Source: Phoronis australis
Lineage: Eukaryota > Animalia > Phoronida
NCBI GenBank assembly: GCA_002633005.1
Contig: NMRA01000252.1
Span: 107,094 to 171,093 of the forward strand
Length of the DNA: 64,000 bases
Reading direction: 5' to 3'
Shown here: one piece after another, positions 1 through 14,000 of the stretch
Layout: each line of letters starts with the position of its first letter
Numbering within the stretch: the stretch's first letter is position 1
Translations under genes and position numbers: made by a program
Notes under the pieces: generated by a model
The model's input: the letters and a program-made list of their open reading frames with translations, nothing else
Databases searched by the model: none
Told to the model about the DNA's origin: nothing

Positions 1-392
1 GGTCTGCGTTTCGCCGCCAGAATATGAAAGAAAACTCCCTAACATGTGCTTATGCTGTATCTGGTGCCATCTTGCGCCAAGCAGGACAATTATAAGGAGT
101 GAGTGTTACTGAAGATCATGCCTGGCAGCGCAAATATTGTTTTTGCGTAAGGTAACTGTTTGTCAGATCTGCATGGGATCAAGCACGTGATCCCCGCCGC
201 AGATTGCGAACGATGATAAGAGGAAAGGTTACATATTTGGCATAAGAGAACACAAAGCGCGTACTCGCTCGTGTTGGCTTATCTATCAAAAATGAACTCG
301 GCTTCATAAAACTAATTCTTCGTATATATTTGCCAACACGTCTGTAGAGTTTTACTTAGTTTTTGAATCATTCTGCCATTATTTTTGTTTCA

Positions 393-3119
393 TCAGTTGT
401 CAGCGCTGAAGGAGGGGTTCAAATCAGCTGTATTAGTTGGTGTAACTGACGATACCGCTATTGCTGGCGTGAGACCTGCAGACGCTCCCGCCGCCGCCAT
501 TGTGAGACGGCGACTGCTAATGCGATTGTGGTCCCAGTGTTCGACATATCCACCGTCATAGATGGTCTGCCATCTACGTAGATTCGCATCAACTGCTGCT
601 GCCACCGCTGAAGTCTCTGGACAAATCTTGGTAATCACATGAAACAACGGGCGAGCGACGTTTTTTATAAAAGGCAAAATCATAGGCGGTATGTCCTTCT
701 TGGAAAGTTTTTGAAGATGTTCCGGATTAGGGACAATGATAGAGCTTTGACGGTCACTCAACCGGGCCAGCTCCCGCGCTACGTGAATTACATCCTTCAC
801 GTGGTGTTTCCACTCCTTGAACATCGTGCACAGATCGCAGGCAACAACCACGATACCTTTGAACAAGCGCTTATGGGTTGGATTTGTCATATCAAATCTT
901 TTCGTGTCTATAAGGTTGGTAATCATGCTCAGATTTTCGTGAACAACGTCCAGATCAAGTGCTTCAAAGTTTTCGCGCAAATCTTCGAGTACTTGTCTGT
1001 ATTCTAATGCCGTGAGTGAGCTAAAGATGTTATTACACTGAAAATCAATTAAGATAATATAGTAAATTTTGCCATAACAACGTACGTGCAGGCTCCAAAT
1101 TGAATACACTACGAATATTACGCTATTTGAGCCATTTTTTCAAGTCAACCATCGAATGTTGGGACTTCGAAGCAAAAGCCGTGTTCAAAGCGCTTTTTAA
1201 ATATATTACTTCAGTAGTCTTGTGCTTGACGTTAGAAATGAAATTTGATGTACGCGTACCTTAAGAATGTGAACCAAGGTGTGATAATTGTGAAAATCTT
1301 CAACAGGTGTGGTAAAGCAATATGACATCCTCTCCGTCTTCTTCAAACAGCCGTAACCTCTGTAGTTCATGTCATGGGCAACACATGTGAGAAATATTGC
1401 CAAAGCTTCGTTCTTCGTGAAAATACTTTCCATCATGAACTCCATGAATTTGTACGCACAATGAGAAACGGTTAAGGCGTGTTTCCAGTTGTGATAGGGG
1501 TAGGCAGTGTAATTCTCGCGAATAAGTACAACGCAGAGAATGATAGACCGGAGCTCAAACGTGTTTTGGCCAAACCTGTTGAAAAGCATGTAATGGATCA
1601 ATTCCTGGACATCCCCCTTTTCCATTTCACCAGCAGGGAAGTAGGAGTAGTCCTCGAAGTTATCTGGTATTGGCTTGGCCTTTGACAGGGGAAGGAAGCA
1701 TGTCAGTGCTTCATCGCAATGTAGGAATATGTGATATCGCAGCTGTTCTGCCGCAATCTCGGTCATGATTACGTCACGCTTCATTTTGTTGTAGACGTGT
1801 GCATAGTTGACAGCCATTCCCACGTACACGGCGAACACAGACAAAGAATCTTCATCGAACTGAGTGAATCGGCGACCGTTTCTCTTGTTAATGGCCTCAA
1901 CGGCACCGAAAAGCTTGGCTTGTGATCCTTTGGTAGAAATTGGGGCACACAGGATTTGCTCACTTTTAAAACCGGTAGTTTCATCGACTGTGCCGAAAAA
2001 TCTGGGATCATTTGCGCAATCCATCACATTGTTTACTTGACCTGTTGCAATAGTGTGTCCGACAATTCCCTGGTTTGGTGGGAAACGGACTCGCTTGCTC
2101 TTCTCATACGTAGCGTTTCCCTCCTCGTCCAGTTTTCCCTCGTCAAACATGTCCGCGTACAGTTCGTTGTTTTCCTGGTCCAGTAGGAACAAACCACACC
2201 TCTCGGCATTCACAAGGTTCTTTGTGTATGTCATGATCTTGCTAAAGAATTCGTCTTGATGGTCAATATTTTTGAACATTTCTGTGATGGCCTCCACTAA
2301 GTACTCGTTTAACTCGTTGTGCTTGTTGAGTTCAAGGTTCTCGTTTATGCTACAAAGAGCAATCCCAAGCCAGCACATCAAGAAGTTGCCTATTTGAAGA
2401 TCGGATTCTGTGAAGATTCCCAGCCAAGGTTGGTTGCGTGTACACTCTACGACGGCGAGGACTCTCGTATCGCCGGTATGTGTCATCAGAATAGGAACAC
2501 TGAGGATCGGCACTCCATTTTGGCGTATGAATTTACCGATCTTAGTAGTCGCTACTGAACGCGCAAGTTCTAATTGAACGTCTCCGTGCGGAAAAAGACC
2601 TCTTCTCCATGCGAATTGTAGTTCACCCGTTGTATCGTCTGGAAGGTAAATGGACAGTCCGTCTGCTTTTACAGCGTTCATTAAAATTATGCAAGCATTG
2701 CGTGTCACATCGAAATTTGTAGTTCTAATTCTGTACATTGACCCTCCTCCGTCGCATGTTGTTGATGCTTGCTCCAAAAGAGAAACCTCTAACTTGGATA
2801 TTTCGCGTGAACTGTATTCATTAGTACCCGAATCTGATAACGACTCGCTATCCACAGACTGGACATCTTCTTGCTCTTGAAGTTCATCGAGCCAAGACTC
2901 AATAGTTTCCGATGTGACAAAGTCTCTAACGTAGTCAAGAACAGCCTCTTGCAATATCCCTGGATATAAGTCAACAAGAAACTCGAGATCGCTGTCACCG
3001 AGTTCGCAGTCAAGCGTTCCTTGCTCAGGGTTTATCATAAATGGTTTACACATGTTGGAACCTGCACCAGGAAGAGACGGAAACTGTCCCCTTTTGTAAG
3101 GCAGATGGTACTCACTCAT
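393..3119 (-). CDS. PDE10A: PDE10-like cyclic-nucleotide phosphodiesterase (GAF-A, GAF-B, PDEase domain) with an atypical active site; complement(join(393..1037,1260..3119)), 834 aa
   Basis: N-terminal LYPGILQEAVLDYVRDFVTSETIESWL resembles PDE10 [22 protein letters not shown]. GAF-B keeps the NKFDE motif (INKRNGRRFTQFDE). Catalytic motifs YHNWKHA, HD and ACDLC are present. The phase-0 intron 1259..1038 has donor AAG|GTACGC and acceptor ttttcag|TGT, joining HILK to CNNIFSSL. Probably a divergent paralogue rather than the canonical orthologue. Confidence 0.9.
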
Positions 3120-3164
3120 TTCTTACTGTCAGCATGTTTACTTTCTATCCAAGTGCCTTATTCG

Positions 3165-3176
3165 GATGACGTCATC
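3165..3176. promoter_or_regulatory. Palindromic CRE (GATGACGTCATC) just upstream of the PDE start codon
   Basis: Exact TGACGTCA at 3167-3174 inside a 12-bp palindrome; a variant TGACATCA lies at 3195-3202. Function is inferred. Confidence 0.5.
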
Positions 3177-3770
3177 AGTACAATGAATAGAAACTGACAT
3201 CATATGCAACTCACAGTGGATGTCTCTGATTTCTTTAATATTTGCTCACGTGCACGAGTTCCACGTTTTTTTGCCCAGGTTGTTGATTCCATATTTTTTA
3301 TAATTAAGTACACATAGGTTTGAAATATTTTCACACCACTTAAAATAAGCGACGAAACAGGGGAATGCGTACATGTATACTTGTTGCTGGCGAGGACGAA
3401 ATGCACATATGATATCCATGTTTGCTGTATTCCCTGATGACGTACAAAGAGAGGCCTACGTGCAGCCTTTTTGTAGTGTCCTTTTACTCTATGCACAAGT
3501 TTCTTCCGATTTATTCCCACCTTAATTCCGGTGTGTTTACGATGCGATTTCCACTGAAAACAAAGTATTCTGGAACGACGCAAACTGATGCCATGTTGGG
3601 CCAAAATCAGGTTTTCTCATTGAAAATATGCGGCAATATCTCGCGGAATCTCGCTAGCTCTTGCTATTCTAGCGACATACTAGCGTTACTGAACTCAATC
3701 CGGGTCCGAATAGCCACGAGATCTCCATTTTATCTACAATACAAACAGTGTTTTAAAAAATTAAAATGAC

Positions 3771-3784
3771 GTTTCCATAGTAAC
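3771..3784. promoter_or_regulatory. RFX X-box-like site (GTTTCCATAGTAAC)
   Basis: Matches the GTTNCCATRGNAAC X-box consensus and lies in the PDE/NBL1 divergent intergenic region. Confidence 0.45.
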
Positions 3785-5057
3785 GGCAATGAAATTCGGA
3801 TGTTTAGTTATGACGCGATTTGGAACACAAATAGGAACAGAAATACATTCACATCATATTATCAAAATTACGCAGGTATTGTTTTCGTCTTTCAGGTTAC
3901 CACGTGGGCATTACAGTACTCGAAACTTTTACAAAATCATGTGTCTGAATTAATCGGTGTGCACCGACAACTGTTGCAACTACCGTATGCTGGGAAGTTA
4001 AGATTGACCAGGTCCATAGCCCTGTAATAATTTCAAAGTGCATAGTGATTTGAAGCACTATTTTCACATTTGATTTTATTTGACGTTAAAATGATGTCAT
4101 ACCGAACAAGGAAATATGAAGGTATACGTATGAGCGGTCAATATTGAAAACTATTGACTCCGAAATGCTGGCCGATGGAGGCAGATAACTACAAAATCTT
4201 AAAGCTCCTTCTTCAGTGAAACTTGCAAGTGTCACGAGATGCTTGCACAGATACTCTAACACTCGAGGCTCCTCAGTGTATTTTTTAAAGGTGAGGACAG
4301 ACACGTGCCACTGAAATGCAGGTTTGTATTCTGGTTTTTATGAGGGAAGCAACTGCTTTTTAATTGCTTGTATGTCGGCAACAACAAGGTGAAGCTCTAA
4401 TGCCGCCCTGTGGTCAGGACACGAGTAACTGCAATTAGCAAAAAGTTTGATTAACCGCATAACAACATACAGTGTGTGACTCCACCTCGAACGTTAGAGT
4501 ACAAAATGAAACAAAAACATAAAAGCTCTTGTCGATAGCTAATTACTTGTTCCTACATTATATATTGAGAACCTTTATTTTGTTTATTTTTATAGTTGTT
4601 TTAATAACTTTTGCGCTGAGTTTATGACTACAAGATACCGATGAACTTCTTAGTAATACGAAAACTTACATTTTTACGCCCTCGCTGTACATTTCCGATA
4701 ATGTCATGCGTAACTGTAGTGAGACATCAAGCCGATCACTTTTCAATACGTTATGAATCATAAATAGAACGACTGTAGAAGGAATAAAAAGACGAATTAT
4801 TCCAAGTGGAGAACTTAACGATTCGATACGCGTCTGTCACGATTGATCTGTCTGTGATGTGGCTTTGAGTGAAGGCGTCTGAGTTGCATCAAACGCACTC
4901 CTCCCGTCTCAGAAAACTAGGGCAGGCGACTGGGTGGTTGTGTTGGCATTTTCTACTTTTATATTCTTAGTTTCGAGTCTGTGCTAATATTACGAAACAC
5001 GATCTTTCTACTTTCATTTCACCTTCACGTCAGTTTGGTTAACAGACGGATTTTAGC

Positions 5058-8000
5058 ATGGAGATTGTACCGCTCGTTATCCTCGCTTTGTCATCTTTAA
5101 AACCTGACAAGTTGCTTGTCTGGGGACGTCCAAGTGAAAGTTCTTACAAGGTATGATATATAAAACGCGTATGCAATGTTTTATTGTGTTTATTTGTCTT
5201 AGCCAAAAGCATTTGGTGTAATTTCTCCTTAATTCTAACAGCGAAGTGCTATTGTGGTATTTACAAATGAGCCTGTTACATAGAATTACACATCTAGAAC
5301 ATTTAGATATTACACATTTAGAGATATTGTTCCTCTAGAAAAAAAAGCGGCAGACAAACACGTGTTTCTGATTTACCAGGCATATGGCTTAATAAACAGT
5401 AGTTAAGTTACAGTTTCTTGGGCCCTTGAGTTAACATGTCAGTTAAACACTAAAAATTAACTCGTATAATATTGCCATAATAACAATTCCATTGAAAAAT
5501 CACTGATTATCACGACTCCGTGAATGAAGCGTTCGCAAACAGTAGTGATAGTTATATTATTTAGAAAGGAGCATCATTTGGAAGAAACAAACCGCTGTCA
5601 CCTTTCTTTTACAAGAATGTGTAACATTAATACTTCACCAACCAATCGTGATACGTTAGATAATAATATTGATATGCATTATTTAAAGGGGACATTATGA
5701 TATTATTACATATTGCAGCCGTTTTCTGCTAAACCTACCCATAGTCGATAACCTTATCAGTGAAACACACTTAAAAGATGCCGTCATTTGGTGAATGCAA
5801 TAGCTCCACCAAGAGAGGGTTTGACTGCAACGGCGGGGTTCGCCGGGTCGACATCTCGCCAGGGCTAATCTCAGCTAATCACTTTTGTCAACAATAATAC
5901 CCCTACCGTAGTAAGAATAAATAATGCCAAATCTTCCAGACAACAGGACAGTGACCTCTGGCGATCAACTAGAAAGATTGCCATATTTTCCCGTGGTGCA
6001 GGTGCAGTACCCTGGGTGTGGTTGAAGTTCAGGTTACGTGGTAAGACTTCATGCGCTCTTGTTTTGTAGAGAGTGGTTCGGGTTGTGGAGAGTAGTAAGG
6101 GATTGAGGTTTGTGGTAAAGGTTTGGTCCCCCGCCTGAACAATTTGTGATTGATTTGCCTCAAAGTATATGGCAATATTGCACTTCCCCCATTGCAATTT
6201 AGTATGCTTCGGCACTGCCATCGAAACTGGTTAAAAACCAATTGATATGCGACATTTAGACTAACAGTGAAAGCATGGAACGCGAAAGCTCGTCAAAAGC
6301 ACCGTTTAAACAATTCCTGGGAAAAGGACCGCCTAGCACGTATACTACAGAGTAATTCACTTTCCCTTGTGAGTAATTTCCAGAAAGACCCACCAAATTC
6401 ACGATTTTTGAAATATGCGCGAAGGAGAAACACTGTAGTCACCACAGAGTTTCTAATCTCCCTCTGGCATACTGATAAATCCGCGCATGCGCTCACAGTG
6501 ATTCGACAGACAGCTGACTGACAAGATGGGTATGTGTGATCGCTCACCGAATCTGAGGTCGCCAGCCTAGTATAAGGCAAACCGAGGAAGCAAGTGACTT
6601 TCCAAAAAAAAAACCAAGGGCTTTTTAGAATGTGTTTGGATACTACGATACCTTTATAACAAAGTTTAAACAGTTAGGACTGACATCAATTGCATCTTAA
6701 TCGGACTGGCTGCTGCATGAAGTCACAATTGTTGTGTTTACAACAAGGTCACGTTTTTTATATAAGGGAAATATGCTACGTCTATGTCTTGCCAAGCAGT
6801 TGACAGGTCGCTCTTTTCGAAATTTGAAACTTAAAAAAAGCTTTGACATCAACAGAAATTTTAAATCTTCGCGAACAGACCGTAAAAATACCCGGTGACC
6901 AGGTTGAATTCTATGTCTGTGGCAGAGAACCACTTTCAGTAATGTTTAGTTTTCGTTCCAGGTCTCTTTAATACCAGAATCATTACTTATACTTGAACTA
7001 CATTGGGTTACTATAAAATCACACAATAGATAGAAGGTGTAAATAGGAATAGTAATGCTGTGATACATTTACATGTAGAAATACAAGATGGCGTTCGATT
7101 CATCGTTTGCATGTTTTTGAATAAACATTGTATACATTTGCGGTTGAAGCTTCAGGGAGATATTTGCGGTTGAAGCTTCAGGGAGATTCTGTTTTCTCCG
7201 AGTGGTTCGGTAGACTTTCCGTTGCTTGACACCGGCGTTCTGAAAGGAGAGCTGGTTGACACTTTTGCATGACGGCAATTGAAGTAATATGCATTTGACT
7301 TTAAGTGCGGAAACTGTTGCGCGAGATAGGAACCCAGTAGAGAAGGTAGAAGAAGCGAAAAGCACTTGATAACTAAAATTGTCCGCTGGTGAGAAAAGAT
7401 TCTGTCTTATGAGAACAGCATCTGTAGTCGCTGAGTATCTCATATTTAATTAAGTAATTCATTTTCAGCTAAGTCTTTATGAAATCGTAGGCATTATTTA
7501 GATAGGATTGGTGATTCAACGTTTTATATTCTGAACACGTATTTACACACTTGGGTGTGTTTATGGTAATTATGGGAAAAGTCAACGACATTCCTCTAAT
7601 ATTTATTCATATGTTACACTAACTACAATCATTACAATCACTACATCAGTATCGCCGATCATCTCTACCGTTGATCACACACTATACATCTGTACCCTGG
7701 ATTACACAATATGCAAATTCAACCAGGCAAGTTGCCGGCACGTTAGTATCCAAAAAGTGCCAACTGCCAAACCTTCCCTATTGGTCGTATATCATATTGA
7801 TAAAGAAGAAAATTGGGTAACAAAATTTTATGTTTCAATAAAATCAACAACGTCTTTAAATTGCGCCACGTTTCGACGGAAGCCTCTGTAACGTGGACGA
7901 TTTTGTTGTTTTTGTTCACCACAAGATCATTAAGATTTCATTTTGTTTGAAAAATTGTAAGCGCTTTTGTCGGATGATTTTGTTTCGTTATTCATGATAC

Positions 8001-11000
8001 GACGAGCAAGTACACACGATCTGCAAACTCAGTGTGGAAATCAAAGTTCTCATTTGAAAACTCTCTTCTAAATCACATGCACTTTGGCCTAATTTTTAAT
8101 TCATGGGTGTGCCTTTTTTAAAAGAATGCCAGAACTCTGATGTGCTGTTTTGTTTTTGTTGGCAGTGCGAATAGACTTGCTCGCCGAAAGCACGTCGCAC
8201 TTTCGTTAACACTCATTTGTCAAATGGTTGAGATTCCACCAGAATACACCTCACGTCTGTCTACCATACAGCCAAGCAAAACATCAGAGAAAGACATCAG
8301 GATATTCACGCGTCTGATGTTACTGCCAAACTTCTGTAAAAATCATCGATTTGTAGATGTTCCATTTCAAGATCGCCGCCGTCTGGTCTCGGATTAGTCC
8401 ACGCCTAGTATATGTATTGTGTCAATGAAAAGAATAATGTGGTTATACACATTTTCAACCGGATATAACGCACCATTGATGGACTAAAGACACATGATCT
8501 GAGTTGCAACACACCGGGAGGATTTGTCATTTGTGGTTTGATTGAACGTTCGCGCGTAAAAGACGTTAAAAATTAGAAACAAATTTCTTATTAATTAGGG
8601 GGTTCGGCACAGTATTGACTGGCACTTTTCTTCAATGCTGCTAGTTTGAGTTTTGGTATTTGTTTGTACAAATCTGCAAAAATGGGGTTCACCGAATTAA
8701 TTTTTCGAATGTAGTCCCTAAGCAAAGTCACTTCAAAATGTGAAATGTACACTTCTAATTAAAGTAATGATTAACATCCTATTGAAACAGATAAATTCTG
8801 TTGTACGATGTCAGTGCTATGTTTCAACGTCTTTAAAACTTTTTCCCGGTTTACTAATTTCCTTATGTCGGCGTATGTCAGAAACGATTTTTTCTGGAAA
8901 TTGAGTACATCAAATTTTAGCCTTCTGACTTCTACACAAAAAGTCATGTCCATCGTGTCATGAACGAAATAAAAAACAGGGTGTCACCAAATTAGTTTTC
9001 GAACTATTTTAACTCAAATAGTGTCACATTAAAATGCGTAAGTTGATCTACTTAGAAGTGCGCCAACTGACCTACTTAGCAGTGAGCCAAGTTACCTACT
9101 TAGAAGTGCGCCAAGTTACCTACTTAGAAGTGCGCCAATTTTAAAATCAGGATTGCCCGGCTGCATTTTAGTAGACGGCCATTATGCTATGTCATTGAGA
9201 TTGTGAAACCAGTTTAGTTGATGGGAACAATCTAAAACAGTGCTGCGGTGCCCATGGTCTATAGGCTGCGCACCACAGGGGGGTAGGGGGGGCTTTAGTC
9301 CCCCACTGTTTTCAGTGCTGCGCCGCCCATGACATGACCTTGCGGAACCAGCGAAGTCAATCAAGCGCAGCTAATGTCAACAAGGTAGCATAATCTTTAT
9401 CCAGTGAATTGCAGCGACTGAGGTAATCGTTATCTTTTTAGAAGATCAAGTAGCTAAAAACGAAGTCGGGGACTCGATGTTTTTCTTAATTCACAGAAAA
9501 CGCGATGGGCATCAAACTCAAACATAAAAGAAATAAATAAACGTGTCGTTTTGTGCATGAGGTATTCAAAATTCAGAAAAAAGCAGCATCTATTTACGTC
9601 GACGCAAATCAATAAAGCGATTAAAACACAAAACTAAAATTAATAAAAACTAATGTTTCAACGAAGTTAATACGTTTTCGAAAGGGTTTCGATAGTTAGC
9701 TTTACGAGAGGCGAATTTTCAGCAACCCACACATATTTCCCATTTTTGTCAAAGGTGGCTTAAGATATAACGGAAAAACCAATGCGGTGACCCCGTATTT
9801 TTGATTATTCGTAGGCAATGACCACAACATAAATATGAAAATTCAAAGAGAAATTCGTAGATAATTCAAACTTCTGTGAATTTACGACTGCCTTGGAGTG
9901 ATACACGCGAAGTATAGATGTACAGTTGCCATGGACGGTAACGGACGAAATCTGGCTCTGCTCCGTGCTTGGGCACGTGGTTATTCTGAAAGTCACGTGG
10001 TGACATAAATACACGCTATTACACGCCAAAGTTGACGCGCCTCTCTTGCCTGCGACGATACTTTCATTCAACTCTAGCTACATTGTCGCCGTAGACAACT
10101 TACGTAAGCTTTCAACTTACTGACCCGGAGTCTGGGCACTCGACACCGTATATTTTGACATGTTGTACCATCTTAAAAGAGGAATGGATGCCCATCCTTT
10201 TTATCGAGTTGGCAAGATCAAGCCCACACTTTTGGTTATGCTTGAAAACTTGTACTCAGTGAAAAGCGACAAACAATTTGTAAGGACTTGATGCTAACAA
10301 CGAAAAAAAAAAAACGTTACAATATTTTTGACACGACAAACGTGTCTTACATAAAATAGAAAACCCTTCTTTTGGAGTTCCATGGGCGCACCCAAGGGGG
10401 CCCCAATTTGGCAAATTGGGCAAAAAGGTCCGCCTCAATGAAAAAAAAGGTCCGAGTAAATGAGACAAAAGTCCGCAAAGTCCACAGGAATTCGGCGCGG
10501 ATGCACGATTGGCTGGCTTAAACCTAGTGGCCCCGTTTTTTTTAGTCCTCGTTGATTTTAGTCATTAAAAAGTCCGCACATCGAAGAATTCGAGCCCCCC
10601 TACATTTTAGGCTGGGTGCAAACATGAGTTCTGTTGCAAAAACTTACTCTCTTGAAAAATTGCTGGCCCATTAACTCAAATTAAACTTGTCATTGGAAAT
10701 TTAATCGGAAAAGGCACCTTCTGGCGATGAAATATTCACCGTTTTGAAGGGCCCGTCTGGTATACACCATCTGCATGAGTACTTCCGCGCTTAGCTCATG
10801 TACGTTGTGGAGGACCTTTAGCCGCTGTCTACATTTAAGCCTGACTGCACCAACAGATCATGAAATTTACGGTCAATGTAACTGTCAACCTTTCCGGATT
10901 TTCCTCAAACATTCAGTTAAGTCACATACTGCATAACATTATAACAATCCTATATTTTCTTCACATAGCGCGTTACCAAATATGCACGTTGTTACTTGTA

Positions 11001-14000
11001 GGTACCAAATCTTTATTAGCCGTTTTCAAGCCTTTTGATTTTTCAATTTTTGAGACGTTTAAACATCGATTTCTCTTTAGTTGAGTTGTTGAACATATAT
11101 CTGTTCCGTATCCAAGGGAATCGTGTTTCAAACAACAGAGAAGTTGAATTCAAAAATTAAGACTTGTAAAAATTTTTAACTTGAATTTGATGGATGATAT
11201 CTTTGTTGTTTGCTGGTAAATAAAAAATCCTGAGGCACATTTCTCGGAGTATTGACGACAGTTTGGACAAAGAGTTCAAACACGCAGTCACCGACAACTT
11301 AGGTTTTTAGAAATTCACATTCAAATATATTCAGTAATGACTATATTCTCAAAACTTAACTGTCAACTTGTTACAAACGATTGCATGACACTATAGGTTG
11401 AAAATGGGCAGCTAAAAATGTTATTTGATCAATTGCGAAAGGACTTCAAAAAGTTGACAGTTATCTTAGTGAGACAGGACATGCATAAAACCTATATATA
11501 CACCAGTACTGCTTTGGTTTGCAAGTGTCTTTAAAAGTAATTAATTATTCGTACTTGCTAAATGGGGCCAGTATCACTAGAACACGATGTTACTTTCCAA
11601 CGTGACAACGAAAATTTAGTAGTATGAAAAACAGGTTGAAGGTGCGGATTCTATATTCTGCCATCTGTTTTCAGGTGCACAATGTGATATTGTATCCTGA
11701 GCGACACGCCTGGTGTGAAGGCAAACCCATCCACCAGGTGATAGGACACGAAGATTGTGAACCAAAGGTGAGTTGGCAAAAATCAATCTTGCCATGTATG
11801 CCCGTACGCACACACTGTATAGAGAAATACTATAATGGTTAAAGAAATCAAATTTATGTGTCTGAAATCGTGGCCAGAGTCTCTTTTTAAAATGTCTTCA
11901 ATGTAATTTAAAATAAATTATTAGTTCTCTGCATTTTTCTGAGTTAAGATTGGTGACATTCAGCGTTATATTTATTCCTTATCCAAAACGTGCATTTCAC
12001 AATTATATTACGGTTATCTTGTATGTCTTTATTTGTATAAATCATCCATCAAATACAGTTTTGCTGAACTTACGACTGATACTTTATGCCTGCTGTCGGA
12101 GTGATGGCGAGGGGTCGATTCATAACCAGGCTTAAAAGTTTCATAGAAATGCCCACTGTGCGAATAACTTAATTTTTGTTGAAAACATCATGACAACCGA
12201 GGTTAAAACCCTTAGGCGGTAAAAATGCTGACAGAGACTGTTTTACTTTCTAATTGATAACATTTTAGAAGATTCCTGTCAATTACGGTATTCCGCCGTT
12301 AATGCGTACATGCATTTATGTGCGTGCATGCATGTATGTGTGTGCATGCATAGTATCTCAGCCTGACATGTAACATGTCTTTTGCTGCGAACTTAACGGA
12401 CCGGACCGGTCTTATGAAATTTTTCGATAATTCGTGTTGTACAGAATCATTTCACAACTATCCAACTCCTGTTGATTCTATACTTGTGAGACTATTTCAT
12501 CGTAACGGCGCTCCGTCCGGGCAACAAGAAGTCAAACATTACCTTTTGCCTGTGTATATTTATTTAATATTCATTCATCGCAAATCTGGTAAATACTATA
12601 TTGTATGGCAAAACAACAATAAAAACACTATTACAAAAAGTACGATAAACAGAAATAATATACAGAAGCTGACTTTAGCCAATAGTGAATCAAATCAAAT
12701 AAACAAATAAACGCGGAAGAATCAGGAACCCGAACTGGATATCGAAGCACAGATCTGTACAATAAGGGTCTAGTGATCTTACCACTGAGCTGTGTAATTA
12801 CTGTCTGCAGCCAACTGTTATGTCATCCATCCCACGACCGGCATCTCGCCTTTTTCACAATAGATTTGGATAATTATATAGTCAACAATTTACCAGCATG
12901 TGTTAATTAGATATAGTAGATTATTCTGATCGTTCACTGACTTGTGGAGGTGGAATGAGAGCGATCGCCCACTTTTAGATGTTATAATGTACAAATGTAT
13001 GTACGGATGTATGGCGAAATGCTGCTCTTTTAATGAAATTGTTGGATTGCTGTCACTGTTCATTCTGCTTCAGTTATAAATGAGTGGCGAAGTAGCCCAT
13101 TAAATGCGTAGAGAAGTAGCACATTCAATGTGTGGAGAAGTAGCACATTAAATGTGTTGAGAAGCGGCACATTAAATGAGTGGAGAAGTAGCACATTAAA
13201 TGAGTGGAGAAGTAGCACATTAAATGTGTTGAGAAGTAGCACATTAAATGTGTTGAGAAGCAGCACATTAAATGAGTGGAGAAGTAGCACATTAAATGTG
13301 TGTCGAAGTAAAACATTAAATGTGTAGAGAAGTAGCACAGTAAATGTGTTGAGAAATAGCACATTATTTGAGTGGAGAAGTAGCATATTAAATGTGTTCA
13401 GAAGTAGCACATTAAATGAGTGGAGAAGTAGCACATTAAATGTGCGGAGAAGTAGCACATTAAATGTGTGGAGAAGTAGCACATTAAATGTGTGGAGAAG
13501 TAGCACATTAAATGTGTTGAGAAGTAGCACATTAAATGAGTGGAGAAGTAGCATATTAAATGTGTGGAGAAGTAGAACATTAAGTGAGTGGAGTAGTAAC
13601 ACATAAATGCGACTGCTTTGATACGCCGTAAAATGTAACAATTTCGTAAAATGTAACAGCTATTACTTTACGTCATTGTTACAATTTACATTTCTAGGCC
13701 TCTCCTGAAATGTAACCAGTTGTTACATTTTGTGCAATTGTTAAAAATCACGTCGACTGCACATGCGAAAAATGTACTATTGCTACATTTTACGAAAGCG
13801 ACGTCATATTTCATGAGTTTTCATGGTATTTGTCACAGGGAGGAAAGCATCTCACCCACTTAAGGCCTTCTTTCTCGTATTGTTTGAATAGAATTCTGTC
13901 AAATGTGCACGTTCGAATTTACAGATGTGTCCCCATTTGCTTTCCATGGTTTTTCAACATTAGTAGTTTCATGGTACAGTAAAAAATTTACCCCCCCTCC

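Noticed and set aside
1038-1259. Apparent split of the PDE into two ORFs (pseudogene)
   Set aside because: Explained by a canonical phase-0 GT-AG intron that restores a continuous catalytic domain.
13060-13641. Long repetitive ORFs (193 aa and others)
   Set aside because: Read-through of a 24-bp minisatellite, open in several frames on both strands, inside an NBL1 intron.
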